From: Candidatus Woesearchaeota archaeon
Lineage (GTDB): Archaea; Nanobdellota; Nanobdellia; Woesearchaeales; WJKL01
Assembly: GCA_014729145.1 (NCBI GenBank)
Contig: WJKL01000016.1
Span: 225 to 64,224, forward strand
DNA length: 64,000 bases
Reading direction: 5' to 3'
Every line of letters begins with the position of its first letter. The stretch's first letter is position 1. The position numbers were made by a program, and so were the translations under genes. Below are positions 27,432 to 37,692 of this stretch, piece after piece. A model generated the notes under the pieces. It had not been told where the DNA came from. It was given only the letters and a program-made list of their open reading frames with translations, and searched no databases.

Positions 27432-28505
27432 ATGGCAGATCCAAGAGCAAAAAAACTAGCGAAGATTATTGTTGACTATTCTGTTAAGATCAAGAAAGGG
27501 GATCTGATAGAACTAAACTTTGGGGTTGGAGCAAAGGAGCTGGCTTTGGAAGTATATAAAGAGATATTAAGAAAAGGAGCTTATCCTATAGTTCATGCAG
27601 GGGTTCCCGGCTTTAGCTATGCTTATTATAAAAATGCTTCTGATGCACAATTAAAACATTTTCCACAGCTAGCTATGTATGAAGCAAAGAAAGCAGCAGG
27701 CTCGATAAATATTGGAGGAGATTATAATACAAAAGAGCTGACAAGAATAAACCCGAAGAAAATTGCTCTTAGGAACAAGGTCACAAAAAAAGTCAGTGAT
27801 GTATATATCAAGAAAAATAACTGGATAATTTGCAAGTTTCCAACACACAGTCTTGCCCAGGATGCTGAGATGAGTTTAGAGGAGATGGAGGATTTTGTTT
27901 ATGATGCATGTTTAGTTGACTGGAAAAAGCAAAGCAAGAAACAGGATAAGCTTAAGAAAAAATTAGATAAGGCAAATGAAGTAAGGATAACAGGAGAAAA
28001 AACAGACATAAGCTTCAGCATAAAAGGGCGGCAGGGAATAAAATGCGATGGACACAGAAACATGCCTGATGGTGAAGTATTTATTGCTCCGGTTGAGAAC
28101 TCCACTGAAGGATATATAAAATATACTTATCCTGCAATATACAGGGGAAGAGAGGTAAGCGGAGTTTTCTTAAGATTCCACAAAGGAAAAGTTGTAGAAG
28201 CAAAAGCAGAGAAAGGGGAGAAATTCCTTAAAGAGATGATAAAAACAGACAAAGGAAGCAGCAAACTGGGAGAATTCGGAATCGGACTTAATTATAATAT
28301 CAAAGAATTCATAAAACAGATCCTTTTTGATGAAAAAATAGGCGGGACAATACATCTTGCTTTAGGGATGGCTTATCCTGAAGGTGGAGGAAAAAACAAG
28401 TCTGCAGTGCATTGGGATATGATAAAGGACCTGAGAAGAGGAGGAAAAATGTTTCTTGATGGAAAATTGATACAGAAGGAAGGAAAATTCAATTTTAAAC
28501 TTTAA
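27432..28505 (+). CDS. M29-family aminopeptidase (AmpS/PepS-like thermophilic aminopeptidase)
   Basis: 357 aa. N-terminal MADPRAKKLAKIIVDYSV... and overall similarity to the aminopeptidase T/S family. Confidence 0.55.
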   Translation: MADPRAKKLAKIIVDYSVKIKKGDLIELNFGVGAKELALEVYKEILRKGAYPIVHAGVPGFSYAYYKNASDAQLKHFPQLAMYEAKKAAGSINIGGDYNTKELTRINPKKIALRNKVTKKVSDVYIKKNNWIICKFPTHSLAQDAEMSLEEMEDFVYDACLVDWKKQSKKQDKLKKKLDKANEVRITGEKTDISFSIKGRQGIKCDGHRNMPDGEVFIAPVENSTEGYIKYTYPAIYRGREVSGVFLRFHKGKVVEAKAEKGEKFLKEMIKTDKGSSKLGEFGIGLNYNIKEFIKQILFDEKIGGTIHLALGMAYPEGGGKNKSAVHWDMIKDLRRGGKMFLDGKLIQKEGKFNFKL

Positions 28506-29139
28506 TTCCTATATTTTTTAATTCTTTTTTAAGCTGGTTGAAATCAGTATAAAGAATACTATACATGCCCATCTTTGAAGAAGGGTGCATATTTTTTTCC
28601 TGGTCATCGATATAGATGCATTCTTCAGGCTTTAATTTCATCTTTTTTACAATCAATTCAAATATTTTGATATCTGGTTTTGCAAGTTTTGCATCGTAAG
28701 AAGTGACAATAACATCAAATATATCTTTAAGATTTTTTTCCTTAATGTCTTTACCAAGCCAGCTTCTTATATGATTAGATAACAATCCTATCCTATATCT
28801 ATTTTTCAGATTATTTATCAATTCAAAAAATCTTTCATCAAACTGAGGATATTTCAAAAAATCTTTTTTGAAACTGTCTTTATCTGTCCCTAAGAAATAA
28901 GCCAAATTTTTCCAGAATTCTTCATCACTTATTTTAGCAATTCTAGCTTTATGCCAGTTTTTAACTAAAATCTTATGCATTTTTTCTATATCTACACCAT
29001 ATTCTGGAGCAAATTTTTCACAAATTGGGCGCAACGATCCCGGAGGGGAAAGAACGCCACCATAATCAAATATTATTCCTTTTATTTTAATTGATTTTTT
29101 ATCTTTTGGCGGTTTTTGATATTTTATTGAAGAAATCAT
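28495..29139 (-). CDS. HAD-superfamily hydrolase
   Basis: 214 aa. Motif I (IIFDYGGVL) and motif IV-like IDDQ. Confidence 0.6.
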   Translation of the reverse strand: MISSIKYQKPPKDKKSIKIKGIIFDYGGVLSPPGSLRPICEKFAPEYGVDIEKMHKILVKNWHKARIAKISDEEFWKNLAYFLGTDKDSFKKDFLKYPQFDERFFELINNLKNRYRIGLLSNHIRSWLGKDIKEKNLKDIFDVIVTSYDAKLAKPDIKIFELIVKKMKLKPEECIYIDDQEKNMHPSSKMGMYSILYTDFNQLKKELKNIGIKV

Positions 29140-29810
29140 CTGATAGTAATCAATTTTTTTGTTGATTTTGTCAATTGTTCTGGATTATTTTGGACCAATA
29201 CAGTATCCTCGATCCTCAGTCCATATTTATCTTTGATATATATTCCTGGTTCTATTGTTATTATATCTCCTTTTTTTAATATTTCAGATGTTTTGGGGCT
29301 TAGATTTGGAGCTTGGTGTATTTTTTTGCCTACGCCGTGGCCAAGGGAGTGAAGGAAACATTCTCTAAATTTTTTTAATCTTTTTCTCACAAAATAATCA
29401 ATCTCAAAACATTCAATACCTGGCTTTGCTTTTTTTAATGCTGATTTTTGTATAGAGAGAAGTTTTTTGTATATATCTTGTTCTTTTTTAGAAGGTTTCC
29501 CCTTATATATTGTTCTGGTCATATCTGAACAATATCCTTTGAATCTTACTCCAAAATCAAGAACCAAAAAACCTTTTTTAATATTATATTTTGTAGGTTT
29601 AGGGTGGATTTCTGAAGATCTTTTTCCAGAAGCTACAATTGGAGGAAAAGCAATCTTCAGTTTCCTTTTTCTTATCTGGTTTCTGATAAATCCATCTATC
29701 TGTTTTTCTGTCTTAAGACTGTTATTTTTCAAGCTTTTTATCACTAAAGAAAATATTTTATCAGTTATTGAACAGGCTTTTCTAATGTTTTTTATTCTTG
29801 CAGAATTCAT
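29136..29810 (-). CDS. M24-family metallopeptidase (Xaa-Pro aminopeptidase/prolidase-like), catalytic domain only
   Basis: 224 aa. Metal-ligand motifs HSLGHGVG, ITIEPGIY, RIEDTVLV. Confidence 0.6.
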   Translation of the reverse strand: MNSARIKNIRKACSITDKIFSLVIKSLKNNSLKTEKQIDGFIRNQIRKRKLKIAFPPIVASGKRSSEIHPKPTKYNIKKGFLVLDFGVRFKGYCSDMTRTIYKGKPSKKEQDIYKKLLSIQKSALKKAKPGIECFEIDYFVRKRLKKFRECFLHSLGHGVGKKIHQAPNLSPKTSEILKKGDIITIEPGIYIKDKYGLRIEDTVLVQNNPEQLTKSTKKLITIR

Positions 29811-30832
29811 TCTGGATATGCTTTTTTTATCAGAGACTCTTTATTTTTCATGGTTTTTCTTACAGAATTTACCAATTCATTTATCTCTTTTGCTAATGCC
29901 TGCTTAAGGTCCATAGGATGCAACTTTTTTTCTTTGTAGTCTTTTTCAAGATCTTTGTAGTTTTTATAAGAAAGATCTCCTCCCCATTTTTCCGGACGAT
30001 TTATAATGAATTTTTCTTTTTTATCTTCTTTAATCATGAAAATCACATGTTTTACAAAAGCCAAAACCCCATTTTCTTGTGTTTCTCCTTCAGGGCAGTA
30101 TGCCGAATTTATCTTTTGCTTGATATCTTTTTCTGAATCAAGCAAATCTATTTTTGAAGATTCTTCTGATGCAGACATCTTTCCTGAAGCAGTCAGTCCC
30201 GGAATCAAAGGAGTCATCACCTCAATCCTGGGCCTGTAGCCTATTTTTGGAAGGTATTCTCTTGCAAACATCAATATCTTTCTTTGGTCTATTCCGCCAT
30301 ATTGGATATCTACTTTGAGATATTCCTCATCCAGGGCCTGCATTATAGGATACATCAGACCAGAAAGCTTTGGAGATTCTGCCTGTTTGACTACGTCTGA
30401 AGAAGCTTTTTTACAGTCGTGGACAGAAGCGTAAGTGGCGATCTTTAATACATCCATTGTATATTTCTTTCCCAGCTGAAAATCCGAGCCCTTTACAATC
30501 TCAAAATTCTTTATGTCGGCCCCTATTGACTTGAACATAGCAGGGATTACAATCGAATAATATTTGAATCTGTTTTCAAGCAGATCCCAAGGTGTATTAT
30601 CTAGTGCTCCATGAATATCTGCAAGCAAAAGCTTTACTTTGAATCCAGCCTTAAGAAAATCAGCAAGCTTCAAAACCCACATAAAATAGCCGATGTGTGG
30701 TTTTCCAGTTATAGAAACTCCCAGATACATCGAAGGATGTTTTTTTGTTTTAAGAAGTTTTTTTAGCTCCTCTTCTTTAACTATCTCTTGTGTATTTCTC
30801 TTTATCAGGTTTAGCTTTTCCTTAATATCCAT
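29807..30832 (-). CDS. tyrS: Tyrosyl-tRNA synthetase (class I aaRS; TrpRS not excluded)
   Basis: 341 aa. HIGH-type motif (GKPHIGY) and KMSKS-type motif (GKMSASE). Confidence 0.6.
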   Translation of the reverse strand: MDIKEKLNLIKRNTQEIVKEEELKKLLKTKKHPSMYLGVSITGKPHIGYFMWVLKLADFLKAGFKVKLLLADIHGALDNTPWDLLENRFKYYSIVIPAMFKSIGADIKNFEIVKGSDFQLGKKYTMDVLKIATYASVHDCKKASSDVVKQAESPKLSGLMYPIMQALDEEYLKVDIQYGGIDQRKILMFAREYLPKIGYRPRIEVMTPLIPGLTASGKMSASEESSKIDLLDSEKDIKQKINSAYCPEGETQENGVLAFVKHVIFMIKEDKKEKFIINRPEKWGGDLSYKNYKDLEKDYKEKKLHPMDLKQALAKEINELVNSVRKTMKNKESLIKKAYPE

Positions 30833-30908
30833 TAAAGTATTTATTTAGGTAAATAGTATAAAAAGGTTTCTTTAAGATTGACGATTGATCCATTGTAAGT
30901 ATTATCTG

Positions 30909-30933
30909 AACCACTGGTCACTGGACATTCACC
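30909..30933 (+). promoter_or_regulatory. Second copy of the 25-bp element AACCACTGGTCACTGGACATTCACC, at -62..-38 relative to the Cas4-like gene start and upstream of a TATATAAA box
   Basis: 24 of 25 nt identical to 2306-2330. Same orientation and distance to the downstream + strand start codon. Lies in the divergent spacer with tyrS. Confidence 0.45.
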
Positions 30934-30970
30934 CATAAGCTATATAAATGAAATCTTTTAGTTATTTAAT

Positions 30971-31846
30971 ATGGCTAGAAAGAGACGAATATCTGTGACA
31001 ATGCTGAGTTCTTATCTTTATTGTGCAAGAAAGCTGTTTTTAGAGAGGGTTTTAGGGCTTTTTGAGCCTGAGAAGGCAGCTTTGGTAAAGGGCAGCATAA
31101 GACACGAGACATATGACGGGGCAAATCAAGTTGAAGAAAAGATTGTTACCAGCATCAAAGAAGGGGAAGGATTTGAGGATATCTATAACAAATATGCAAA
31201 AATATATTCAACTTTGCTTAGACAATCAATAACTAAGAATAAATATAGATTAAGAAAGATAAAACTTCCATTGATAGATGCATATCATGAGATATGGCCT
31301 TTTTTTAAAAGAGAAAGTGAGATAAGAGCTTTAAACATATACAAATTTATTGTAAAATCTAATTTATACGGGCTTGAATTATGGGATAAGTTGATTCCGA
31401 AGGTAGAGTCTGAAAAGAAGATAGCATCTGATGAGCTGGAATTGAAAGGCATTGTAGACAAGATAGAGATTTATCCTGAAGGCTATGTACCTGTAGAATT
31501 AAAGACAGGGAGTATGCCTAAAGAAGGTGTTTGGCCAGGACATAGGGTGCAGATAGGGGCTTATGCTTTGATGATGGAGGAAAAATACGGGAAAGAGATA
31601 AAAGAGGCATTTGTTCATTATCTTGATTCTGATGAGAGAAGGCAGGTAGTGGTCAATCCTTTTTTAAAAGAAGAGGTAAAAGAACTAAAGGACAAGGTCA
31701 GGAAGTTATTAGAAGGAAGCAAGATCCCAGAAAGAGCAGACAACCAAAATAAATGCCGTAAATGCGGACTGAAAAATAAGTGCTTTGATGAGAATTTTCT
31801 CAAAGGATTATTAGATAGAAGAGCAAAAGAAAAACAAAAAAATTAG
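30971..31846 (+). CDS. Cas4-like (DUF83) PD-(D/E)xK exonuclease with 4Fe-4S cluster; no CRISPR array in the window
   Basis: 291 aa. N-terminal Cys (SSYLYCARK), RecB-type motifs (IVDKIEIY...VELKTG, QIGAYAL), C-terminal CRKCGLKNKC completing a C...CxxCx5C cluster. Confidence 0.6.
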   Translation: MARKRRISVTMLSSYLYCARKLFLERVLGLFEPEKAALVKGSIRHETYDGANQVEEKIVTSIKEGEGFEDIYNKYAKIYSTLLRQSITKNKYRLRKIKLPLIDAYHEIWPFFKRESEIRALNIYKFIVKSNLYGLELWDKLIPKVESEKKIASDELELKGIVDKIEIYPEGYVPVELKTGSMPKEGVWPGHRVQIGAYALMMEEKYGKEIKEAFVHYLDSDERRQVVVNPFLKEEVKELKDKVRKLLEGSKIPERADNQNKCRKCGLKNKCFDENFLKGLLDRRAKEKQKN

Positions 31847-32796
31847 AACCATTTTCTTTCTTTGAAGAATATTATCATAGCTATACCAATAAAACCCATC
31901 ATAAGCATCATAATCCAGAACCCGTTTTGGGATTCAGATCCTGGAAGATTGATAAAGTTTGTCCCATATATTCCAGATACAACAGTCAAGGGAAGAGCAA
32001 TGGTGGCAATTATAGATAAAACTTTCATGACTTCATTCATATTATTAGAAACAGCAGTCATATATGTGTCAAATGTATCCCCAATAGCTTCCCTGTGGTT
32101 TTCTACAACATCTGACACCCAGATTGCGTGGTCATATATATCCCTAAAATAAGGCTGAGATTTTTCAGGAAGGAACTTATATTTTCTTCTTATGAGAAAG
32201 GATATCTTTTCCCTTTGGGGGAATGTGATCTTTTTAATCTCAACTATCTTTTTCTTTAGTTTGACTATCTTTGACAATAATTTAGATTCAACTCTTTCAG
32301 TGATTTTTTCATCAAGTTTTTCAATTTGATCATCCAGTTCCTCCAATACTGGGAAAAAATTATCAATCTCTTCATCCAAGAGCCTGTGGAAAACAATATC
32401 AACCCCCCTTTTCAGTAAATATTCAATCAGGCTTTCTCTTTGTTTTATCTTTTCATAGCTTTCTATCTTATATTTGTGGGTACTGACGATAAAATTTTTT
32501 CCAAGGATAAATTCCAAAGGAAGAAGCTCTATCTTATGTTTGCTTGATTTTCTTATTCCATAAAAAGTGCAGAAAAGATAATGGGGAAATTGCTCAACTT
32601 TTATCCTGCCATGGGACTGAAACATATCTTCTTCAGTTACTGGATGAAAATCATATAATTTTCCAAGCAAATCTGCTTCTTTTTTTGTTATTTTTGTAAC
32701 ATCAATCCATATCCTTTTATTCTTTAATTTAGCTAAGTCTTCAACTTTGCCTTTTTTTAATTTTCTTCTATTATCCAGATAAAAAATATCTAACAT
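31843..32796 (-). CDS. corA: CorA-family Mg2+/Co2+ transporter
   Basis: 317 aa. Two C-terminal TM helices with the YGTNF (GMN-type) signature. Confidence 0.7.
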   Translation of the reverse strand: MLDIFYLDNRRKLKKGKVEDLAKLKNKRIWIDVTKITKKEADLLGKLYDFHPVTEEDMFQSHGRIKVEQFPHYLFCTFYGIRKSSKHKIELLPLEFILGKNFIVSTHKYKIESYEKIKQRESLIEYLLKRGVDIVFHRLLDEEIDNFFPVLEELDDQIEKLDEKITERVESKLLSKIVKLKKKIVEIKKITFPQREKISFLIRRKYKFLPEKSQPYFRDIYDHAIWVSDVVENHREAIGDTFDTYMTAVSNNMNEVMKVLSIIATIALPLTVVSGIYGTNFINLPGSESQNGFWIMMLMMGFIGIAMIIFFKERKWF

Positions 32797-32797
32797 C

Positions 32798-34243
32798 TTA
32801 ATTAGGTTTTATCCTTTTGAAAAGCCAATGGTTCAGCAGCATAAAGAAACCGATAACTGTTGGAGCAATCCAGACAAAAATCCACCAGCTTGCGAGGGGT
32901 TTTCCAAGCAGAATGGTCAGGATAAAAAAGATGAGTATCCCTATAAATATGAACGATAGTCCGGATACAGTAGGATGGTCGAGAATCTTTCTTTTTACTT
33001 TTAATCTGGAACCCATATAATAATTGGCATTTAGTCCTCTGTCAAGAAGCAATCCCAGGAAGGCGATTACTAATATACCCTCCCATATTAACTGCATTAT
33101 GTACTGCTGTTTAAAGAAAACAACAGATACAAAGAATGCGGTTGCAGCAATATATAAGAAATAAGCCCATCTTCTGAATGCCATCATCAATGGATCTGAA
33201 GGAGGATTTCCTGCCATTCTTTTTATATTCCAATAGATAGTTCCCATAACACTTAACAATAATCCGGTAGTTACAGCAAAGACAACAGAAACAAATATTG
33301 AAGGATCTACAAGCAGAATCCTGATAAATTGAGTGGCAGCTACAAGTAAGGCTAAAATTATGAAATTCATTGCAGTAAACTGGTGCCCTTTAGGCTGGGC
33401 CAATTCAAATAATCTGTAATGGATATACCAAACTACAGATATAAAGAAAAGAAGTTTTCCAAACATCAATATAGGGATTAGGATGCCTTCTGATGAAGAT
33501 AAGTCTATCTCCATAAGGGGTGTGGCAGCCAGCACCATAAGAAGACCATAAACTAACAAAGAAAAAAGCCCTATTCTTTCAGATTTATGAGGAATATTTT
33601 CTTGGGGTACGTTTTGCAGTTCAGGAGGGATATTAGGTTTTGCTTTAGGGTTTATCCATGTAATGAAAGGGTACCTGTTAAAATATATAAACACGATAAT
33701 AAACCAAAAAGGTCTTATTGCCGGAGTAGCGATCAATGCGCTAAAATAACCTATTGACTCCCAAAGCATATTTTTAGCAGAAGCTCTGGCCCATTTTTTT
33801 TCGTTTTCTCCTCCGCCTGTAATTCTAAAAGAGAAAAAGAAATAAAGAAATGCTGTTGACAATGCTATAAGAAAAATTGTTATTGTGGCAAGGTAGCTTC
33901 CCACTACAGGGTTAACCTTCCATATCCTTATAAACTGAGTAAATACGATAACTAAAAATCCTATAAATAATGTGATAATCTCAGATAAAAATGAAGATCT
34001 TTTGAATCTGTTAACAAGAGCCATATGTCTATACCAAAAAATAATAAGAAATACAAAGATTAGTATGAATTGTGTAAAAGCCATCCAGGGGCTCATTTCA
34101 CTGTTGTGAACATGTTCCAACCCTTTTGCAGACATTGCTAAAGCAAGCGCAAAAAGCAGATCAAAGAAAAGCTCAAGCCAGCTTACTTTTTTAACATCTA
34201 AACCAGGCCTTGAAGCTATTTTAGACATATCACGGGATGGCAT
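32798..34243 (-). CDS. LtrA-like (low temperature requirement A family) polytopic membrane protein
   Basis: 481 aa. N-terminal VSWLELFFDLLFALAL motif typical of the LtrA family. At least 10 TM helices. Confidence 0.45.
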   Translation of the reverse strand: MPSRDMSKIASRPGLDVKKVSWLELFFDLLFALALAMSAKGLEHVHNSEMSPWMAFTQFILIFVFLIIFWYRHMALVNRFKRSSFLSEIITLFIGFLVIVFTQFIRIWKVNPVVGSYLATITIFLIALSTAFLYFFFSFRITGGGENEKKWARASAKNMLWESIGYFSALIATPAIRPFWFIIVFIYFNRYPFITWINPKAKPNIPPELQNVPQENIPHKSERIGLFSLLVYGLLMVLAATPLMEIDLSSSEGILIPILMFGKLLFFISVVWYIHYRLFELAQPKGHQFTAMNFIILALLVAATQFIRILLVDPSIFVSVVFAVTTGLLLSVMGTIYWNIKRMAGNPPSDPLMMAFRRWAYFLYIAATAFFVSVVFFKQQYIMQLIWEGILVIAFLGLLLDRGLNANYYMGSRLKVKRKILDHPTVSGLSFIFIGILIFFILTILLGKPLASWWIFVWIAPTVIGFFMLLNHWLFKRIKPN

Positions 34244-34396
34244 GTTATAATTAGCACCTCTTTTTATCTAAATTTCTTTTTTAAGCTATTTAAATCTTTC
34301 TAAAATCTTCTTCAAAATAAAAAACTTTAAATATCAATTGCACTACTCCATAAAATATCATCTTTTAATGATAAAAATAACAAGGGGTTTTGTAAA

Positions 34397-34660
34397 ATGA
34401 CTAAAGACGAAAAAAAATATTCAAAAGATTTGATGGGAAAAACCGTTGTAAGCAAAACAGGGAAGAGATTTGGAGAAGTTGGAGATGTAATATTTGAAAC
34501 TAGAAGCGGCGAATTAATACATCTGGTCTTATCTAGTCCGACCCCATATACTGAGAAATTGGAGCTGGAAAAGGATAAAGAAGGAAATATATTGATCCCC
34601 TTCTCTGCAGTAATCGCTACAGGAGATTTTATGGTTGTTTCTGAAGAAGATATAATCTAA
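34397..34660 (+). CDS. PRC-barrel domain protein
   Basis: 87 aa. LMGKTVVSKTGKRFGEVGDVIFETRSGELIHLVL fits the PRC-barrel pattern. Confidence 0.55.
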   Translation: MTKDEKKYSKDLMGKTVVSKTGKRFGEVGDVIFETRSGELIHLVLSSPTPYTEKLELEKDKEGNILIPFSAVIATGDFMVVSEEDII

Positions 34661-34751
34661 AAACAAAACTTTTTTAATTACAAATCTTTTTCTAGTTATT
34701 AATTAGCATCAATATAGTTTTTCATTATAGTTTTTTTATATTGGGGGCAAG

Positions 34752-35726
34752 ATGGAAAAAGTTATGAATAATACAGCAATATGGACTGAAAAGTACAGGC
34801 CTGAGACTTTTAAAGAGGTTAAGGGCCAGGATGAGATAGTCAATAGAGTCAGTTCTTTTGTTGAGAAGAAGAATATGCCTCATCTTATGTTTGCAGGGCC
34901 TGCAGGGATCGGAAAAACAACTTTGGCATTGGTGATCGCAAAACAGCTTTTTGGAGAAAGCTGGAGACAGAATTTTTTAGAGTTAAACGCTTCTGACGAA
35001 AGAGGGATAGATATCATCAGACACAAGGTCAAGGATTTTGCAAGGACAAGAGCAATCGGAGATGTTCCGTTTAAGATAATTTATCTAGATGAATGTGATG
35101 CTTTGACCAAAGAGGCTCAGCAGGCATTAAGAAGGACTATGGAGAATTTTACAAGAACAACAAGGTTTATCTTAAGCTGCAACTATTCTTCTAAGATTAT
35201 CGATCCGATACAATCAAGATGTGCAGTTTTCAGGTTTAAGCTTTTGCCCAAAAAAGATGTTTTTGAGATAATAGAAAAGATTGCTGCAGAGGAAAACCTA
35301 AAGATCAGTGACAAAGCAAAGGAAGCTTTGTATGTTATCAGCGATGGGGACTGCAGGAGAGTAGAGAATATACTACAGAGCTGCGCCTCTATCTCCGACA
35401 ATATAACTGAAGAGGTAGTTTTTTCTTTGGCTTCAGTGGCAAAGCCCAAGGAAGTCAAGGAGTTTTTGGAAATGGCTTTGGAGAACAAGTTTATTGAAGC
35501 AAGGAAAAAGATGCTTGATGTGATGCTTAATTATGGATTAAGCGGATTAGATGTTGTAAAGCAGATACAGAAAGAAATATGGAAGTTAGAGATAGACGGG
35601 AGAAAAAAGATGGATCTGGTAGATAAATGCGGAGAGATAGAATTTAGGATGACAGAGGGAAGCGATGAATATATCCAATTAGAGGCTTTGTTAAGCCAGG
35701 TTGGATTGGCTGGTCTGAAAAGATAA
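34752..35726 (+). CDS. rfcS: Replication factor C small subunit
   Basis: 324 aa. Walker A GPAGIGKTT, DEAD-like YLDECD, SRC motif (QSRCAVFRF). No intein. Confidence 0.85.
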   Translation: MEKVMNNTAIWTEKYRPETFKEVKGQDEIVNRVSSFVEKKNMPHLMFAGPAGIGKTTLALVIAKQLFGESWRQNFLELNASDERGIDIIRHKVKDFARTRAIGDVPFKIIYLDECDALTKEAQQALRRTMENFTRTTRFILSCNYSSKIIDPIQSRCAVFRFKLLPKKDVFEIIEKIAAEENLKISDKAKEALYVISDGDCRRVENILQSCASISDNITEEVVFSLASVAKPKEVKEFLEMALENKFIEARKKMLDVMLNYGLSGLDVVKQIQKEIWKLEIDGRKKMDLVDKCGEIEFRMTEGSDEYIQLEALLSQVGLAGLKR

Positions 35727-35768
35727 AAATAAATAAAAAACAAAAGAAAAAAAACATAAAAAAAGAAA

Positions 35769-36686
35769 TTAAATTTCTTTTTCTATCCTAATTTTTTGCT
35801 GGATTATATCTCTATAGTCATAGCTTAGAGTAAGTCCAATTGCTTTTGTATATAATGCTCCTTCTTCCAGTGGCTCCCTTAGCTTGCACCTTATAGTAGA
35901 TTTATCATCTATCAATCTTGCTTCATTTTCTCTTGCGCCTGCCCGGCATAGCCACTTATTCCTTTCGGTTTCTGGTTCAATAGTGAATGCTACTTGGTCA
36001 TATTGGGGTGAGAATTCTTGTCCAGGTATTGTAGATCTTCCTCCACCCAAATTCTCAATCTTAAAGTCAAGCTCTATTATTCCAGACCCTGCAGGTTTTT
36101 CTTCTGCTGAGCTTACCTGGATCGGGGCTCCGGAGCAGAAAATTTCTTTTGATTCCTCTACAGTGCATACTCTTTCATCTCTCAAGTTTTCCTTAAAACA
36201 TACATTGGGAACTGATGCATATGTCTTATAGCTGTAAGTATAGCTTGCAAATACATTCAAATCATAAAATGTTCCAGGAATTTCCTGTGTATATTTTACA
36301 TTCTGGCCAAAATCAATAATTTCTTCCCCTCCTTCTTCATTGAATTCTGAAATTTTTTCTATTTCCTGGCTGTTTGTCTTAGTTCCAGATTCTATTCCAG
36401 AGAAATCTTCTAAAAGAATACCATATATCTTTACTGTAGCATCCCCTGCTTCAATGTCATGTTCCCCTTTATTTTTAAGGAGCACTTGGATAGGAAACTC
36501 TTCATCTTCATAAAGGGAATAAAGGCCACTATCTTCTATACCCATCGGTTCAAATTCTGCTGTAACTCCTTTAGTTCCACCCATATAAGGGGAAGGTCCG
36601 GCAGTATCTTCTTCTCCATCTTCACAGCCAGTTATGGATAATGCTGTAAAGATGATAATAAACATAGCTAATATTTTTTTACTCAT
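35769..36686 (-). CDS. Putative secreted lipoprotein, paralog 3 of a tandem triplet
   Basis: 305 aa. Signal peptide ending in a lipobox-like ITGC. Shares motifs with 36712 and 37693 (GGTKGV, LLKNKGEHDI, EEGG, SGAPIQVSS, ENLGGG). Confidence 0.5.
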   Translation of the reverse strand: MSKKILAMFIIIFTALSITGCEDGEEDTAGPSPYMGGTKGVTAEFEPMGIEDSGLYSLYEDEEFPIQVLLKNKGEHDIEAGDATVKIYGILLEDFSGIESGTKTNSQEIEKISEFNEEGGEEIIDFGQNVKYTQEIPGTFYDLNVFASYTYSYKTYASVPNVCFKENLRDERVCTVEESKEIFCSGAPIQVSSAEEKPAGSGIIELDFKIENLGGGRSTIPGQEFSPQYDQVAFTIEPETERNKWLCRAGARENEARLIDDKSTIRCKLREPLEEGALYTKAIGLTLSYDYRDIIQQKIRIEKEI

Positions 36687-36711
36687 TTTTAAACCTCCTT
36701 TTTAATTTTAA

Positions 36712-37647
36712 TCATCCTGGTGTTTTTATTATTTCAATATCTTTTGAAATTGAATCCATATAATTATAATAAAGGGTTATTCTTAAAGGGGTTGTGTAGG
36801 CTGAGTCCCCTGATATATCAAAAGTACAATATATTGTTCCTTTGTTGTTCACAAATCTAGTTTTTTCACTTCCTTCAATTTCAGGAGTGCATCTTATTTT
36901 TGTTCCTCCTGACATGTCAACTCCATATCTAACTATATTATAGTCTTTTGGATCTACTTGGTAAGGGCAGTCAGTGAATACACTCGCTCCTGGACCTATA
37001 ACTGTTCCTCCTCCCACATTAGATATCTTGATATCAAAGGCCACCTTATCTTTCCCTACCATCTCAACATTAACTCCTGATACAGCAACAGGTGCTCCCT
37101 GGCCTCCTGCCGTAGATACATCCTTTACTGTACATCCTCTTTCGATAGGACCTATTTCATAAAGGTTAGGATCAATACATACAACAGGGGACGCCTTTGT
37201 TTGGTATTCATAACATGCAGTTAACAAAAGTCTTTGATTTAGTGAATCAAGATAGTCTGGAAGATCTATTATGTCTGTAGAAAACTGCTGAGTGGAATAT
37301 CCTCCTTCAGGATTTAAGGGACTTTTGCCTTCTAGAAAGGAAGAACATATCTTAGTCTTGTCCAGTCCTCTTATTATCTTATCATCAAATCCTGAAAGAT
37401 ATAACCTACAGTTAGTTCCAGAAAGATCATAAGTTCCTTTATTTTCCAGTTCCAGAAGAACAGTCAGATCAGAAGTATCATAAATTTTGCTCATTGGCAT
37501 ATCCTTGATAAATCTCATCTCAAGACCCTTTGTCCCTTTATAGATATCTTTCGAGAATTCTTGTTCAGCATCAGTACCTGTCTGTCTTCTACACCCACAA
37601 ATAACCAAAAGAGCTAATACAAACAAAATTAAATGTATTTTTTTCAT
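36712..37647 (-). CDS. Putative secreted lipoprotein, paralog 2
   Basis: 311 aa. Signal peptide plus VICGC. Motifs YKGTKGLEMRF, LELENKGTYDL, PEGGY, GGQGAPVAVSGV, NVGGG. Confidence 0.5.
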   Translation of the reverse strand: MKKIHLILFVLALLVICGCRRQTGTDAEQEFSKDIYKGTKGLEMRFIKDMPMSKIYDTSDLTVLLELENKGTYDLSGTNCRLYLSGFDDKIIRGLDKTKICSSFLEGKSPLNPEGGYSTQQFSTDIIDLPDYLDSLNQRLLLTACYEYQTKASPVVCIDPNLYEIGPIERGCTVKDVSTAGGQGAPVAVSGVNVEMVGKDKVAFDIKISNVGGGTVIGPGASVFTDCPYQVDPKDYNIVRYGVDMSGGTKIRCTPEIEGSEKTRFVNNKGTIYCTFDISGDSAYTTPLRITLYYNYMDSISKDIEIIKTPG

Positions 37648-37692
37648 CTTGTTTAACTGCGTTTATTATTTATTTAAGTTTTTCGGAAAATT

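Noticed and set aside
30833-31900. Possible CRISPR-Cas locus, because a Cas4-like gene is present
   Set aside because: There are no direct-repeat/spacer arrays and no cas1, cas2 or effector genes anywhere in the window. The flanking genes are tyrS and corA. It is treated as a solitary Cas4-like repair nuclease.
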